From positions 1 to 64,000 of IMG/VR virus record IMGVR_UViG_3300019371_000256: a DNA stretch of 64,000 nucleotides. The stretch is one strand, 5' to 3'. Below are positions 39,701 through 48,886 of this stretch, in pieces. The notes beneath the pieces are model-generated. The model searched no databases, was not told the origin of the DNA, and saw only the letters and a list, made by a program, of their open reading frames with translations. The number at the start of each line of letters is the position of its first letter. Position 1 is the stretch's first letter. Both the position numbers and the translations under genes were made by a program. This stretch comes from a virus (taxonomy: Duplodnaviria > Caudoviricetes).

Positions 39701-40159
39701 AAAGCCGAAGTGGGATTTAATATGGGTGCCGGTGTTGCGGAAGGTCTGAAAGATACTAAGGCTATGCTGAATAATGAAATAGAAAGCCTGACTGACGATA
39801 TGACAGTTACCATGAGTGCGAATACTCCTGAGGTAGTGATACCGTCCATGAAGCCTTATCAGCTACCGGTTTCCGAAGAGTCTGAGAAGCCTTCCAAGCC
39901 AAAGAATCCTTCCAGTGGTAGTGATGAATATTCAGGATTAGATATTGCACAGCCAATAAATAATAGCAATACATCAAATTCCTATAGTTCGTCTGCAGAA
40001 AGTAAGGTTGAGAAGAAATACTTTATTGAAAAGATAATCGAACACGTAGAGATAACAGGAGAGGGTGATGAAGATAGGCTGGTACAGAAGATACTGGCAG
40101 CATTAGCTGATGATATAGAAGAAACCGCAGATAATATGGGAGAGGAGGCTGTTGATTGA
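36782..40159 (+). CDS. Tape measure protein (1125 aa)
   Basis: LSLRDRLS start, TP901-type core (GTFSVDKLGDAIKEF), amphipathic repeats (IIQAAVQLLTSLIQG). Confidence 0.93.
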   Translation: MELSAVLSLRDRLSAKMKKASEGVGAMTKRVNESKEALVRMSQSQNINISARTNIAEVMRTAKLEMASLKNTIEEKEIALKVHLDDGLNMDKIEEQLKHFNALAETGEDIIQGYSNKLDTLKQKQAEFTDKTKVNTKLGIEQSIDSLEKKLAEIESAKQKFTEWQKIRADFSVLEEARSKLAAMEKSVEDLNKTNVAVRAYVDFKADALKQVYDIDEKLKSLGKKVITPVIDLKDRVTNRIKPITSRLKGLARQKVQPLAVLKDKVTNAAGKVRQRLAKVAGTVAYPVVKLKDMASPLVSKISAKIKKVTGKVWAATVKVIDKTGPALKKIGSGLKSVAGIAAKGIVIGATVAMAGATAATATSISKDQAINSTMAQTGQKDKAEINSIMSNLYRDNMGEDYADLGKSISTVAQISGSTGKELEGLTHNALLLRDTFEFDVTESTRSAKMMMDQFGISGDEAYNLIAQGAQKGLNKNGDLLDTLNEYGTHFKQMGFSSTEMMNMLVNGAQSGTFSVDKLGDAIKEFGIRSKDGSDGTKQAFKDLGLDANRLTKDFAAGGAKGKAAFQEVTAALGTMQDPVKQNAAGVALFGTMWEDLGAKGVLSMSQLNGEIQGGTDALTEINNIKYDDLGSAFGSLKRTFTDAVLEPIGKKLTPVVSDAVNVLKGFAGRIGKAIESGDTSEIGNVFNDMIGTGVQAVQDGAPKMIKALIGGLGGYQKMIRQQAPSIITAATTIILTLVQGLTQAMPDLAETSISILESFTQGISGNLPMIIQAAVQLLTSLIQGFVSMLPAILNLGLQLLLSLIQGIVQSLPLLIDSAVQIVLNLLQFITDNLPMIIQAAIDIIMTLVQALIDNIPVLVDGAIQIITGLVSFIIENLPMILEAAIQLVVALVNGLISALPTLVEGALNLVSAIWDTLKGVDWLQLGIDLIKGIGEGLLSGVKQIGSTIGNVAGSIVGKFKNFLGIHSPSRVMKAEVGFNMGAGVAEGLKDTKAMLNNEIESLTDDMTVTMSANTPEVVIPSMKPYQLPVSEESEKPSKPKNPSSGSDEYSGLDIAQPINNSNTSNSYSSSAESKVEKKYFIEKIIEHVEITGEGDEDRLVQKILAALADDIEETADNMGEEAVD

Positions 40160-40797
40160 TATATAAAATATCGTTTGAAAATTTGAAAGACAGTATAATT
40201 TTACCGGTCAATCCCTCTGAACCGGTAATCAGCGGGGGTGGCAATAATTTTACGGATGTACAGGTTATTAAGGGTGGAGAACGTACCATAATCGGCAATA
40301 GTATGCTGCAAGTGGTGTCGTTCTCCTCTTTTTTTCCCAGAGATTATGATTCTTCCTATTGTAGTGTAGAAGATATACCGGATCCATGGGAAGCAGTAAA
40401 AAAAATAGAGAAATGGAGGAAGTCTGGCCAACCAGTAAAATTGCTGATAACTAAGACGGGTGTAAATATGTACGCTACAATCCGGAAGTTTGACTACAGG
40501 GAGAAAGGCGGGGAGCCAGGGGATGTGTATTATGATATTGAATTTAAGGAGTTTAAATTTATAAAAATCCGGGAAGTAGTAAAAGAAGCACCTAAGGTAC
40601 AGCAGCAATCGGACCGGCCGGAAACCTCCACCACTGCAAAGACCTACACTGTTGTGAAAGGAGACAGCCTGTGGAATATAGCGAAAAAATTCTATGGAAA
40701 TGGGGGCCAGTATACAAAAATATTTAGTGCTAATAATCCTCCTATAAAGAATGCAAGCTTAATATCTCCGGGGCAGGTATTTACGATTCCGTCATGA
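40156..40797 (+). CDS. xkdP: LysM-domain tail protein (XkdP-like)
   Basis: ILPVNP; KTYTVVKGDSLWNIAKKFYG...LISPGQVFTIP. Confidence 0.9.
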   Translation: MIYKISFENLKDSIILPVNPSEPVISGGGNNFTDVQVIKGGERTIIGNSMLQVVSFSSFFPRDYDSSYCSVEDIPDPWEAVKKIEKWRKSGQPVKLLITKTGVNMYATIRKFDYREKGGEPGDVYYDIEFKEFKFIKIREVVKEAPKVQQQSDRPETSTTAKTYTVVKGDSLWNIAKKFYGNGGQYTKIFSANNPPIKNASLISPGQVFTIPS

Positions 40798-41822
40798 AAG
40801 AATTATACAAAGAAAGGGAAAAGTATAAGGTTGCCGTTATTCAGGAAAATCTTATATCTTGGATTGAAGAGGCTGTCACTACCATGACTTGGGGTGGCAG
40901 CAAAGACGAAGCTTCCCGAACACTTAATCTGGAAGTAACAAAGGTCAATGGAAAAACAGATTTCCCGAATGGGAGCGCCATTGTGATATATGATCTTGCG
41001 GACCAGGAACTCATGAGGTATATCATCACTAAAAAAAGTAAAACCCGGAGTAGTACAGCAATAAAGTATACGGCCAGGGATGTTCGGTGGTGGCTCACAC
41101 GCAGTAAAATGGACAAAAAGTTTGAGAACATGACTGCCAGTGAGATTATCTCAAGCTTGTGTAAAAGTTTAGGAATAAGTACAGGAACCATTGCGGATAC
41201 AGGTGTTAAATTTTCTGTTCTGCATTTTATAAAAAAAAGTCCCTGGGACATGATTGTCATTGCGCTTACAGAAACCAGGAAACAAAGTGGAAAGCGGTAT
41301 ACAACCCGTGTTAAAAATGGAAACCTGGAACTTATTGAAAAGTGTAAGCAGACAGTACAATGGGTGATTGAGGAAGGGGCAAATCTACTGGATGCATCTT
41401 ATGATGAAAGCATTGAATCCACTTATACACAGGTTAAGGTAGTTGGAAAGAATTCCAAAGGCAATGAAATATCAGCGATTCAAAAGAATGAAGGAGCTCA
41501 AAAGCTTTATGGTGTGATGCAGGAATACATAAGTCAAAGTGACAAAATGACACAGGCGGAAGTGAATGCAATAGCAGTTCAAAAATTGAAAGAGCTGTCA
41601 GTCATGCAGAAAAGCGGAACAATAAAAACCTTTGGATTAGATGATGTAGAAACCGGAACAGGGATATATGTAATTGACAATGAAACCGGTTTGGTAGGCG
41701 GATTTTATGTCGAATCAGATAGTCATACATATAGCAATGGATATCATGAAATGAGCCTTACTTTGGCCTGGACTGATGAATTACCGGAAATTGAATATGA
41801 GGCTCCAAAAGAATCAACGTAA
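40794..41822 (+). CDS. xkdQ: Baseplate hub (XkdQ/YqbQ-like)
   Basis: WGGSKDEASRTL; KLYGVMQE; DSHTYSNGYHEMSLTL. Confidence 0.82.
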   Translation: MKELYKEREKYKVAVIQENLISWIEEAVTTMTWGGSKDEASRTLNLEVTKVNGKTDFPNGSAIVIYDLADQELMRYIITKKSKTRSSTAIKYTARDVRWWLTRSKMDKKFENMTASEIISSLCKSLGISTGTIADTGVKFSVLHFIKKSPWDMIVIALTETRKQSGKRYTTRVKNGNLELIEKCKQTVQWVIEEGANLLDASYDESIESTYTQVKVVGKNSKGNEISAIQKNEGAQKLYGVMQEYISQSDKMTQAEVNAIAVQKLKELSVMQKSGTIKTFGLDDVETGTGIYVIDNETGLVGGFYVESDSHTYSNGYHEMSLTLAWTDELPEIEYEAPKEST

Positions 41823-41842
41823 CCATAGGAAAGGGTGATAAT

Positions 41843-42103
41843 ATGAGTGCGGAAGCAGCGAGAATAATAAAAAAAATCTCTGGAAAGAAAACTGCCAGTG
41901 GGCTTGATATCATGTTAGGAACAGTAAAGGCGGTTTCTCCTCTTACTGTAAAGTTTGATGATGTGAGTTTTGATATATCTGCAGGACTATTAGTAAATCC
42001 GGATATCAATCTTCGTGAGGGGCTTAAAGCAGGGGAAAGGGTAGCCGGTGTTCCTGTGGGGGGAACACAGTATCTTATTTTATGTAAGGCGGTGGCAGCT
42101 TAA
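41843..42103 (+). CDS. DUF2577 / XkdR-like protein
   Basis: GTVKAVSPLTVK...LKAGERVA...GGTQYLIL. Confidence 0.75.
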   Translation: MSAEAARIIKKISGKKTASGLDIMLGTVKAVSPLTVKFDDVSFDISAGLLVNPDINLREGLKAGERVAGVPVGGTQYLILCKAVAA

Positions 42104-42561
42104 TGGGAATCTTACCTCAATCATCTGAAATAAGTAATACTACTGTAAAAACTTATAAAGACAGTTTGCTGGGGAAACACACATTTAAGTTTGATTTTGA
42201 AAAGAATGAGTTTGTCACCGATGTTATGGATAATGTTATTACCACTAGTAATGCCAATGAAATATTAGAGCAGGTAATTAATAAAATTCTCCATGATCGT
42301 AGATATAAAAACCTCATTTATCCGAAATCATATGGGAATGAAATAGACCTTATATTAAATCAGGATGACCCATATGAAGTCGTGGAGTGTGAATTACGCA
42401 GGGTTTACATAGAAGCATTGGAATACCATCCAATGATTGAAAGCATAAGTGATTTCTCGGCCAGTTATGAAGGAGATACGATTACATGTAAATTTGTTGT
42501 GAATGGAGTGGACGGTACCAGCGTCCAAGTAGTAAAGGAGCTGAATTATGTCACTACCTGA
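42103..42561 (+). CDS. xkdS: DUF2634 / XkdS-like baseplate wedge protein
   Basis: FKFDFEKNEF, RYKNLIYPKSYGNE, EALEYHPMIESI. Confidence 0.78.
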   Translation: MGILPQSSEISNTTVKTYKDSLLGKHTFKFDFEKNEFVTDVMDNVITTSNANEILEQVINKILHDRRYKNLIYPKSYGNEIDLILNQDDPYEVVECELRRVYIEALEYHPMIESISDFSASYEGDTITCKFVVNGVDGTSVQVVKELNYVTT

Positions 42562-43711
42562 TTTTGATTTTATTAAAATGATCCAGGATGGATCTTTGGA
42601 CGTGATTGAATGGTTGGCAGCTCAAAACGAGGAAACCATACGAGAAAGAGTTTATGAACGGGTGCCTGAAGGCTTGGATGTCTCAGTCGGAAGCTATGAA
42701 TATGATGCCATAGAGCCAACTAACGCAGAATTTGCAGTGGCTTATTTTATGCTGCGTAATGTGATTTTACTTGCGTTTCCCCAATATTCTTTTGGTCAAT
42801 GGCTTACCCTGTCCGCCGCCGCCCATGGAGTATATCGAAAGGCTGCCACTTATGCAAGCGGAAATATTTTAATTCAGGGAGCCATTGGAACTGCAATACC
42901 GGCCGGGACCAAATTCTCAAACAGTATTCCTTCCGGATCTGCCTTAAGTGTTAAATATTATACTTCAAAAGAGTATTCGGTAATTGGAAGTGATAGCCAG
43001 GTAGAAATTGAGGTTACTGCTGATGAAATAGGCTCTGCCGGTAATGCTCAGGCTGGGGAAATAAATTTAAACCTGGCTGACATTCAAAATCTTACCTCTA
43101 TCGGCAATGTCTCCGCTTTTACAAATGGAGTGGATGAAGAGAGTGATGATTCATTACTTACCCGGCTGCTTGATAAGGTCAGAAATCCCACCAGTGGAGG
43201 AAATAAAAACGATTACAAACAGTGGGCGAAAGAAATATCCGGAGTTGTTGAAGTGGAAGTAATACCGCTTTGGAATGGTCCGGGAACAGTTCAGGTTATT
43301 ATTATTGGGGAAGGCGGTTCCCCTATTCCTGATTTGGTTTCGGTTGTAAAGGAGCATCTGGATCCTGCGGACCATGAAGGGGAAGGAGAGGGGCGGGCTC
43401 CCATCGGAGCGGTAGTTACTGTGATTACTACAGAGAACTACGCTATCCGGATCGATATTAACGATTTGGAATTTGAAAGTGGATACAGCCTTTTAAATAC
43501 TCGACAAGCTATTATTGAAGCAGTAAAGAAAGAAATTTCCAAGGTGAGCATTGGAGGTTTGGTGAGGATACATTATGTAGAGGATGCAATAAAGCATGTA
43601 ACAGGCGTAAAGGATTTCGGAAATGTGTTTCTTAATCAATCTAGTACCAATATGCAAGTACCGGCGCATTTAAAACCGTCAGCTGGGGAGGTGTATTTCG
43701 ATGGAAATTAG
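42548..43711 (+). CDS. xkdT: Baseplate J-like protein
   Basis: GVYRKAATYASG, GVDEESDDSLLTRLL, GGNKNDYKQWA, VIPLWNGPGTVQV. Confidence 0.92.
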   Translation: MSLPDFDFIKMIQDGSLDVIEWLAAQNEETIRERVYERVPEGLDVSVGSYEYDAIEPTNAEFAVAYFMLRNVILLAFPQYSFGQWLTLSAAAHGVYRKAATYASGNILIQGAIGTAIPAGTKFSNSIPSGSALSVKYYTSKEYSVIGSDSQVEIEVTADEIGSAGNAQAGEINLNLADIQNLTSIGNVSAFTNGVDEESDDSLLTRLLDKVRNPTSGGNKNDYKQWAKEISGVVEVEVIPLWNGPGTVQVIIIGEGGSPIPDLVSVVKEHLDPADHEGEGEGRAPIGAVVTVITTENYAIRIDINDLEFESGYSLLNTRQAIIEAVKKEISKVSIGGLVRIHYVEDAIKHVTGVKDFGNVFLNQSSTNMQVPAHLKPSAGEVYFDGN

Positions 43712-44627
43712 CCGCTCTGAAGAAATGCTTAAATATGTTGAAGGGTATTACCGGGAAAGCAAATATTATCTGGCTCAGAACAGTGCCAAAGGTGAGGAAC
43801 TTAATATCATCCATGCGATATTGGAGGATCTGCCCAATCAGTTTAACCCGCAGACAGCTACGTGGGGCCTTAGATTATGGGATGAATTACTGGAAATTGA
43901 CGGAGGAATTCAGACCGTTGAGGATCACAGGGCAAAAGTGATGATGAAACTGATTGCCTTGCCAAGAATTACACCTATTTCCTTGGAAAGACTGATAAAA
44001 AGTATTGCAAAAGCAAATGTGGATATTATCCGGAACGTGGCACCGTATACTTTTCAAATCCGAGTGAGAGAAGATAGCCTTGACTGCAACAGCAACTTAA
44101 TACGGCAAATCGTAGAAGATTACAAGGAAGCACATATGGCATTTCACCAGGCGTATTATCTAGGGCACATTGTTTCAAAAGAACGTATTTATTTAAAAAC
44201 TTTACATCGCATAACAATGTATTGGTTCCTTGAAGCGTGGCTTTTAAATGGGGCACATTCTCTAAACGGAGAGATGAAATTAGGATTTATATATCCAATG
44301 TATAATCTTTTAGTATGCAACCGTATTTCAGTAGTAATTTCTGAGCGTTTTTATACAAAGACTATGCGGAATACCTTTATAGTGAAAACAACTGAAAAAG
44401 CCAAAGTTAGAGGCAGTATACGGCCTATTTTTAGCTGGTGGAATGGGGGCCTAAATAGAAAGCCAGATTATAAGACGAGGTCAACAAATCGGATTGATGT
44501 GATTAATCCAGAGAGAGTATCCTCTCCAGTGGTAACTATTTCACATAATTTATGGCATTTAGATGGTTCTGTTATGTTAGATGGCAGCCGAACGCTGGAT
44601 GCATACCAAATTAAGGAGGTTTTATAA
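43701..44627 (+). CDS. YmfQ/DUF2313-like baseplate protein
   Basis: QFNPQTATWGLRLWDELL; C-terminal LDGSVMLDGSRTL. Confidence 0.78.
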   Translation: MEISRSEEMLKYVEGYYRESKYYLAQNSAKGEELNIIHAILEDLPNQFNPQTATWGLRLWDELLEIDGGIQTVEDHRAKVMMKLIALPRITPISLERLIKSIAKANVDIIRNVAPYTFQIRVREDSLDCNSNLIRQIVEDYKEAHMAFHQAYYLGHIVSKERIYLKTLHRITMYWFLEAWLLNGAHSLNGEMKLGFIYPMYNLLVCNRISVVISERFYTKTMRNTFIVKTTEKAKVRGSIRPIFSWWNGGLNRKPDYKTRSTNRIDVINPERVSSPVVTISHNLWHLDGSVMLDGSRTLDAYQIKEVL

Positions 44628-44629
44628 TA

Positions 44630-45010
44630 ATGGCAGAAAGTATTGTTACAGATATTGCAAAAGAAAAAATGCTGAAGGCAAGGGCAGGAGTTTCACCCTT
44701 ACCACCTATTGTTGGGATGGCTTTTGGGGATGGGGCTAAAAATGTTTCGGGTGGAATAATTGCTCCAACCGCAAATCAAACAGCTTTGAACAATGAATTA
44801 CTTAGAAAATCAAATGACAGTTGCAAAGAAATTACTAAATTAATTTATCGTTATTCTTGCACATTAGATGAAGGCGAATTGGCCAATAAATTTATAAATG
44901 AAATAGCCTTGTATGATTCTGATGGAGATTTGATAGCGATAAAGACTTTCTTAGATAAGGGAAAAGATTCTGATCAAGAAATGGTATTTGAGATAGATGA
45001 TACATTTTAA
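44630..45010 (+). CDS. Tail-collar-like tail protein
   Basis: MAFGDG, TALNNELLRK, INEIALYDSDGDLIAIKTF. Confidence 0.75.
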   Translation: MAESIVTDIAKEKMLKARAGVSPLPPIVGMAFGDGAKNVSGGIIAPTANQTALNNELLRKSNDSCKEITKLIYRYSCTLDEGELANKFINEIALYDSDGDLIAIKTFLDKGKDSDQEMVFEIDDTF

Positions 45011-45022
45011 AAGGAGGAGTTT

Positions 45023-45841
45023 ATGGCTGATTTTGAAATTGAAAAAGAGTATAGGGAACAACTGCGGAAATTAGAAACAACAGATCCTGCCCATGCTGAC
45101 CTATTTAATTCAACGTTTTCAACATTAATAAATAATGATGCATACCTCAACGAGCAGAATAACAAAATCAAACAACCAGAATTTGATGATTCTGGCAGCG
45201 TAGATGAAATAAAAGACTTCCCATCATTTTTATCATCTATGGTATCTAAGATGAGTATATTTAAGTTTTTTTCAGATTTGAAAGCTGGATTAAAATTTGT
45301 ATTACATACAGGGCAAATAGTCAATAACTGTGTTACGGACCGGTCAGACCTTCCAGGTTCGGCACATAATGATAAGGTTTTGATGGATAAATATTTGGCG
45401 TTAAGTAGTGATTTAAGTGAACGGCTTTTCTTTGGTGCTGGTACTGCGTTGCAAGCAAAGAACGGTACGACGTGGTACAGATTACAAATTAATCCTGATA
45501 ATTCAACAGGTGTTTTTAAGTCTATCGATAATGGTACCACATGGCCAATTTTTGAAAGATTTATAACAGAATCTGGATCAGTTAAAATAAAGAGTGGGTA
45601 CATAAACATTGCAACGACTGCTTCTTACGGCAATGAATACCAGGGATCTATGTCCATTCCATCTATCATTTCAGCTTTTAGTCTTACAGATAAAACGGTT
45701 TTGACAGTCATTTGTCGGGGAGGCAATCTTATATCAGATGGTGCAATTGTCCCAAAACATGGTTCAGACGGTTCTATATTTACACTCTCTGGTGCTGTGT
45801 CGGGTACATACAGGATGCATTTCGATATACTTTATAAATAA
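45023..45841 (+). CDS. Tail fibre / receptor-binding protein with a switchable C-terminus (currently cassette 1)
   Basis: LETTDPAHADLFN N-terminus typical of tail fibres. The recombination site encodes L127-S-S-D-L131. Confidence 0.82.
   Translation: MADFEIEKEYREQLRKLETTDPAHADLFNSTFSTLINNDAYLNEQNNKIKQPEFDDSGSVDEIKDFPSFLSSMVSKMSIFKFFSDLKAGLKFVLHTGQIVNNCVTDRSDLPGSAHNDKVLMDKYLALSSDLSERLFFGAGTALQAKNGTTWYRLQINPDNSTGVFKSIDNGTTWPIFERFITESGSVKIKSGYINIATTASYGNEYQGSMSIPSIISAFSLTDKTVLTVICRGGNLISDGAIVPKHGSDGSIFTLSGAVSGTYRMHFDILYK
45401..45415 (+). repeat. Shufflon site A TTAAGTAGTGATTTA, inside the tail-fibre gene
   Basis: 45403-45416 is the perfect reverse complement of 46097-46110. Confidence 0.88.
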
Positions 45842-45848
45842 TGATTAA

Positions 45849-46109
45849 TTAAATCCATGACCTCCACTGATTTCCCCAGCGCATACGATGTTTAAAGTCA
45901 TTATTCCAGTCAAAGAATAGCTGGATACCACTCGGACCATTATTAAATATGATGATAATTCCATCTTTCCCCGTTGGCGTTTTTGTACTTCCGTCATTTC
46001 GTATGTCAATAGTAGCAATTTGCGTCTCCCGTAAATTATCCAGAGTTATAAGTGAACCATCTCCAATGGAATAGTTATTATATGGGAGGATGCTCGTTAA
46101 ATCACTACT
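45849..46109 (-). other. Silent tail-fibre cassette 2 (86 aa, no start codon, not in the ORF track)
   Basis: Open frame from site B: SSDLTSILPYNNYSIG...QLFFDWNNDFKHRMRWGNQWRSWI*; in-frame TAA immediately upstream. Confidence 0.85.
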
Positions 46110-46112
46110 TTA
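46098..46112 (-). repeat. Shufflon site B TAAAGTAGTGATTTA
   Basis: Inverted copy of site A, in frame with cassette 2. Confidence 0.88.
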
Positions 46113-46205
46113 TTAAAAAGATGGTAATAAACAAAATATTGTAATATTTTCCTTTTAAGTCTATAATTAAAAATGGATAAATAATCTGTATAGGGGGAAT
46201 TATGT

Positions 46206-47090
46206 ATGTTTAAAAAGAAAAATACGATAGGGTTTATAATCGGAGCATTAGCAATAATTACTGTAGCAATAACTAACAACACGAATAGTTATGCAAAAAG
46301 TGATTTTGCCGTAACAACAAGGGATGAATCTATTGAATATAATGGAGTTACATATAAAAGAATTCAAGTTGATGGTGGAGATTTATCAGGTTCAAGGCAA
46401 CCTAATGTGGCGGTAGATGTTGGGTATGGGGATAGAACATATTGGGCGTTAACAAATGAGCATAGTCAGCTTGTGTATGTAATAGCTGACAAAATCACCT
46501 TGCAAGATGAAAACACAGAACAAGTTACTTCTGAGGGACGTTATTATAGTGATGAGGCAAAAGTACCTGGCACTGAAAGGTCAGACTTAGATGAAGGACA
46601 TGTCATAGCAGATAGTCTTGGTGGAGTTTCGAATGCATACAATATAACACCACAAGATAGCACTTTAAATCGCCATGGAGATCAAGCCTATATGGAGAAA
46701 GTGATTCGTGATGCAGGTGGTTGTGAACATTTCATAGCTACTATCACATATCCAGATACTTCAACTCAAATTCCGTCACATTATCATTATGAATATATAC
46801 TCAAAGGGAATGCGGTTGTAGATGATTTTGATAATATAAATCCTGACGAAGTTAATAAAGCACAAGCAGATAAACAACAAAAAGAATCAAATGTAACAAG
46901 TGGAAATAATAATTCTAGTGAATCTAGTATAAATGAACAAGAGGAACTGAAAAAGATAGATACTAATGGCAATGGTAAAGTTACAATAGCCGAAGCAAAA
47001 GCAGCTGGATACAAAATGCCAATCTATTCAACTCATTGGTTGTATAAATATATGGATGACCGAGATGGAGATGGTATGGTAGGAGAATAA
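46206..47090 (+). CDS. Secreted DNA/RNA non-specific endonuclease with C-terminal EF-hand-like motifs (moron)
   Basis: Signal-peptide-like N-terminus; DEGHVIADSLGG...NITPQDSTLN; DTNGNGKVT and DRDGDG. Confidence 0.85.
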   Translation: MFKKKNTIGFIIGALAIITVAITNNTNSYAKSDFAVTTRDESIEYNGVTYKRIQVDGGDLSGSRQPNVAVDVGYGDRTYWALTNEHSQLVYVIADKITLQDENTEQVTSEGRYYSDEAKVPGTERSDLDEGHVIADSLGGVSNAYNITPQDSTLNRHGDQAYMEKVIRDAGGCEHFIATITYPDTSTQIPSHYHYEYILKGNAVVDDFDNINPDEVNKAQADKQQKESNVTSGNNNSSESSINEQEELKKIDTNGNGKVTIAEAKAAGYKMPIYSTHWLYKYMDDRDGDGMVGE

Positions 47091-47148
47091 TAGTCATGTT
47101 AATAGGAGCCGTAAGGCTCCTGTTTTTTTATAAAGAAAGGAGTTCTTA

Positions 47149-47886
47149 ATGGAAAAAGTTAAAATAGGAGATAAGGAACTATTCTATGATATCCAAGAGA
47201 TTCTTCCCATTAATACACATGTTTTGCGTATCGTTTTTGCTAACTCACTGCCTGCAAGTTACGGAGACATTACTACGTATACAGCTGGGGGAATTGAAGG
47301 AGTTACGCTTACTGGTTACGATACAGTTTATCGTGATGAGGGCAAGACAGTTTATTTAAGCAATGATAAAAGTGTTTATATACCAGTGGAAACCTCTACC
47401 GGGCCTATGGATCCACCGGAACCACATTCCCCCACTATGAAGGAACTAAAGGCATCAAAGCTTAGGGAAATATCGGCCGCCTGTGAAAAGTCAATCTATG
47501 CAGGAGTAGATGTTAATTTAGCTGATGGAGTAATAGAACATTTTTCCCTTACTGAACACGATCAGCTCAATTTGTTCGGAAAACAAATCCAGGTGTCAGC
47601 AGGTGTAGAGAAAATAGAATACCATTCAGATGGTATGCCATGCCGATATTATAATGCTGCTGATATGCAGACTATAATTTCGGCAGCTATGTGGCATGTA
47701 TCTTACCATACTACATATTGTAATGCACTTAATATATGGATATCCGGGATTGAGCAAGCAGGGGATCTGGAAACTATTTCCTATGGGGTGGAAGTTCCCG
47801 AGGCTTACCAATCGGACGTACTTAAAGCATATTTTATACAGAAGGCTGCCATGACGGAAGGAGAAAGAGATGAAACAGCAAGCTAA
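47149..47886 (+). CDS. DUF4376-like tail-associated protein
   Basis: KASKLREISAACEKSIYAG, HFSLTEHDQLNL, YHTTYCNAL. Confidence 0.7.
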   Translation: MEKVKIGDKELFYDIQEILPINTHVLRIVFANSLPASYGDITTYTAGGIEGVTLTGYDTVYRDEGKTVYLSNDKSVYIPVETSTGPMDPPEPHSPTMKELKASKLREISAACEKSIYAGVDVNLADGVIEHFSLTEHDQLNLFGKQIQVSAGVEKIEYHSDGMPCRYYNAADMQTIISAAMWHVSYHTTYCNALNIWISGIEQAGDLETISYGVEVPEAYQSDVLKAYFIQKAAMTEGERDETAS

Positions 47887-48286
47887 ATACATATTTTTAT
47901 TAGTGTCCGGTGGATTTATGTACAGCATTATAGAAATTTTATATCGGGGGTATACCCACTGGACCATGTTTATTTTGGGCGGTTTATGTTTTATATGTCT
48001 AGGGTTAATTAATGAGTTGATTCCTTGGAGTACGCCACTCTGGAAGCAGATGCTTATTGGTATGGCTATAATTACATGCTTGGAGTTTATAACTGGGTGT
48101 ATAGTCAATATATGGCTTGGGTGGGGCATTTGGGATTACAGTAATTTGCCAGGTAATATATTTGGCCAGATTTGTCCTCAGTTCACTTTCTTATGGTTTT
48201 GGATAAGCGCTGCCGGGATAATATTAGACGATTGGCTTAGATATTGGCTTTTTGAAGAAGAACGGCCACATTATAAATTAATATAG
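47870..48286 (+). CDS. Integral membrane protein (putative ABC-transporter type IV family)
   Basis: RGYTHWTMFILGGLCF; EFITGCIVNIWLGWGIWDYS; GQICPQF. Confidence 0.8.
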   Translation: MKQQAKYIFLLVSGGFMYSIIEILYRGYTHWTMFILGGLCFICLGLINELIPWSTPLWKQMLIGMAIITCLEFITGCIVNIWLGWGIWDYSNLPGNIFGQICPQFTFLWFWISAAGIILDDWLRYWLFEEERPHYKLI

Positions 48287-48301
48287 GAGGATAAGGTTAC
48301 G

Positions 48302-48607
48302 TTGACTTTTTGGGATTATGTAAAAGAGTCTTGGCCGGGATGGGTGTGTTCAGCAGCTGTCCCGGCCATCATTTATTTATATACACAGGTTATGGCCAGC
48401 CGTAATGGCGTAAGAGCCCTTTTGAGAGCAGAAATAATAAGAGTGTATAACAAGTATCATGATGATTTAAAGTATTGTCCAATTTATGTTAAACAATCCA
48501 TGGAGGATATTTATAAACAGTATCATGCTCTGAAAGGTAATGGAGTTGGTACAAAGCTTTATGAAGAAATTATGGAATTACCAACAGAAAAAGAGGAGGA
48601 AAATTAA
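48302..48607 (+). CDS. Lysis-cassette membrane protein
   Basis: One TM segment, then GVRALLRAEII...YKQYHALKGNGVG. Confidence 0.6.
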   Translation: MTFWDYVKESWPGWVCSAAVPAIIYLYTQVMASRNGVRALLRAEIIRVYNKYHDDLKYCPIYVKQSMEDIYKQYHALKGNGVGTKLYEEIMELPTEKEEEN

Positions 48608-48811
48608 ATGAACAATGAAAAGATTTTAAAGTGGGTAAGAGCTGCAGGGGTAAGAGCAGTTAAGACAATGGCGCAGACGGCCATTGCAACCATTGGGACT
48701 ACAGCGGTAATGTCTGGGGTAGATTGGATTATGGTAGGATCAGCAACGGCACTGGCCGGGATTCTTTCTATACTTACATCGGTGGCTGGGCTACCGGAAT
48801 TAAAAGATTAA
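48608..48811 (+). CDS. Holin (r1t type)
   Basis: WVRAAGVRAVKTMAQTAIA...SILTSVAGLPE. Confidence 0.88.
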   Translation: MNNEKILKWVRAAGVRAVKTMAQTAIATIGTTAVMSGVDWIMVGSATALAGILSILTSVAGLPELKD

Positions 48812-48886
48812 TTTGTTGCGACCGTCGCAACACTATGGACCTGGGACATCCTGGGTCCTTTTTCTATTGAAAGGAAGGGGAATATC

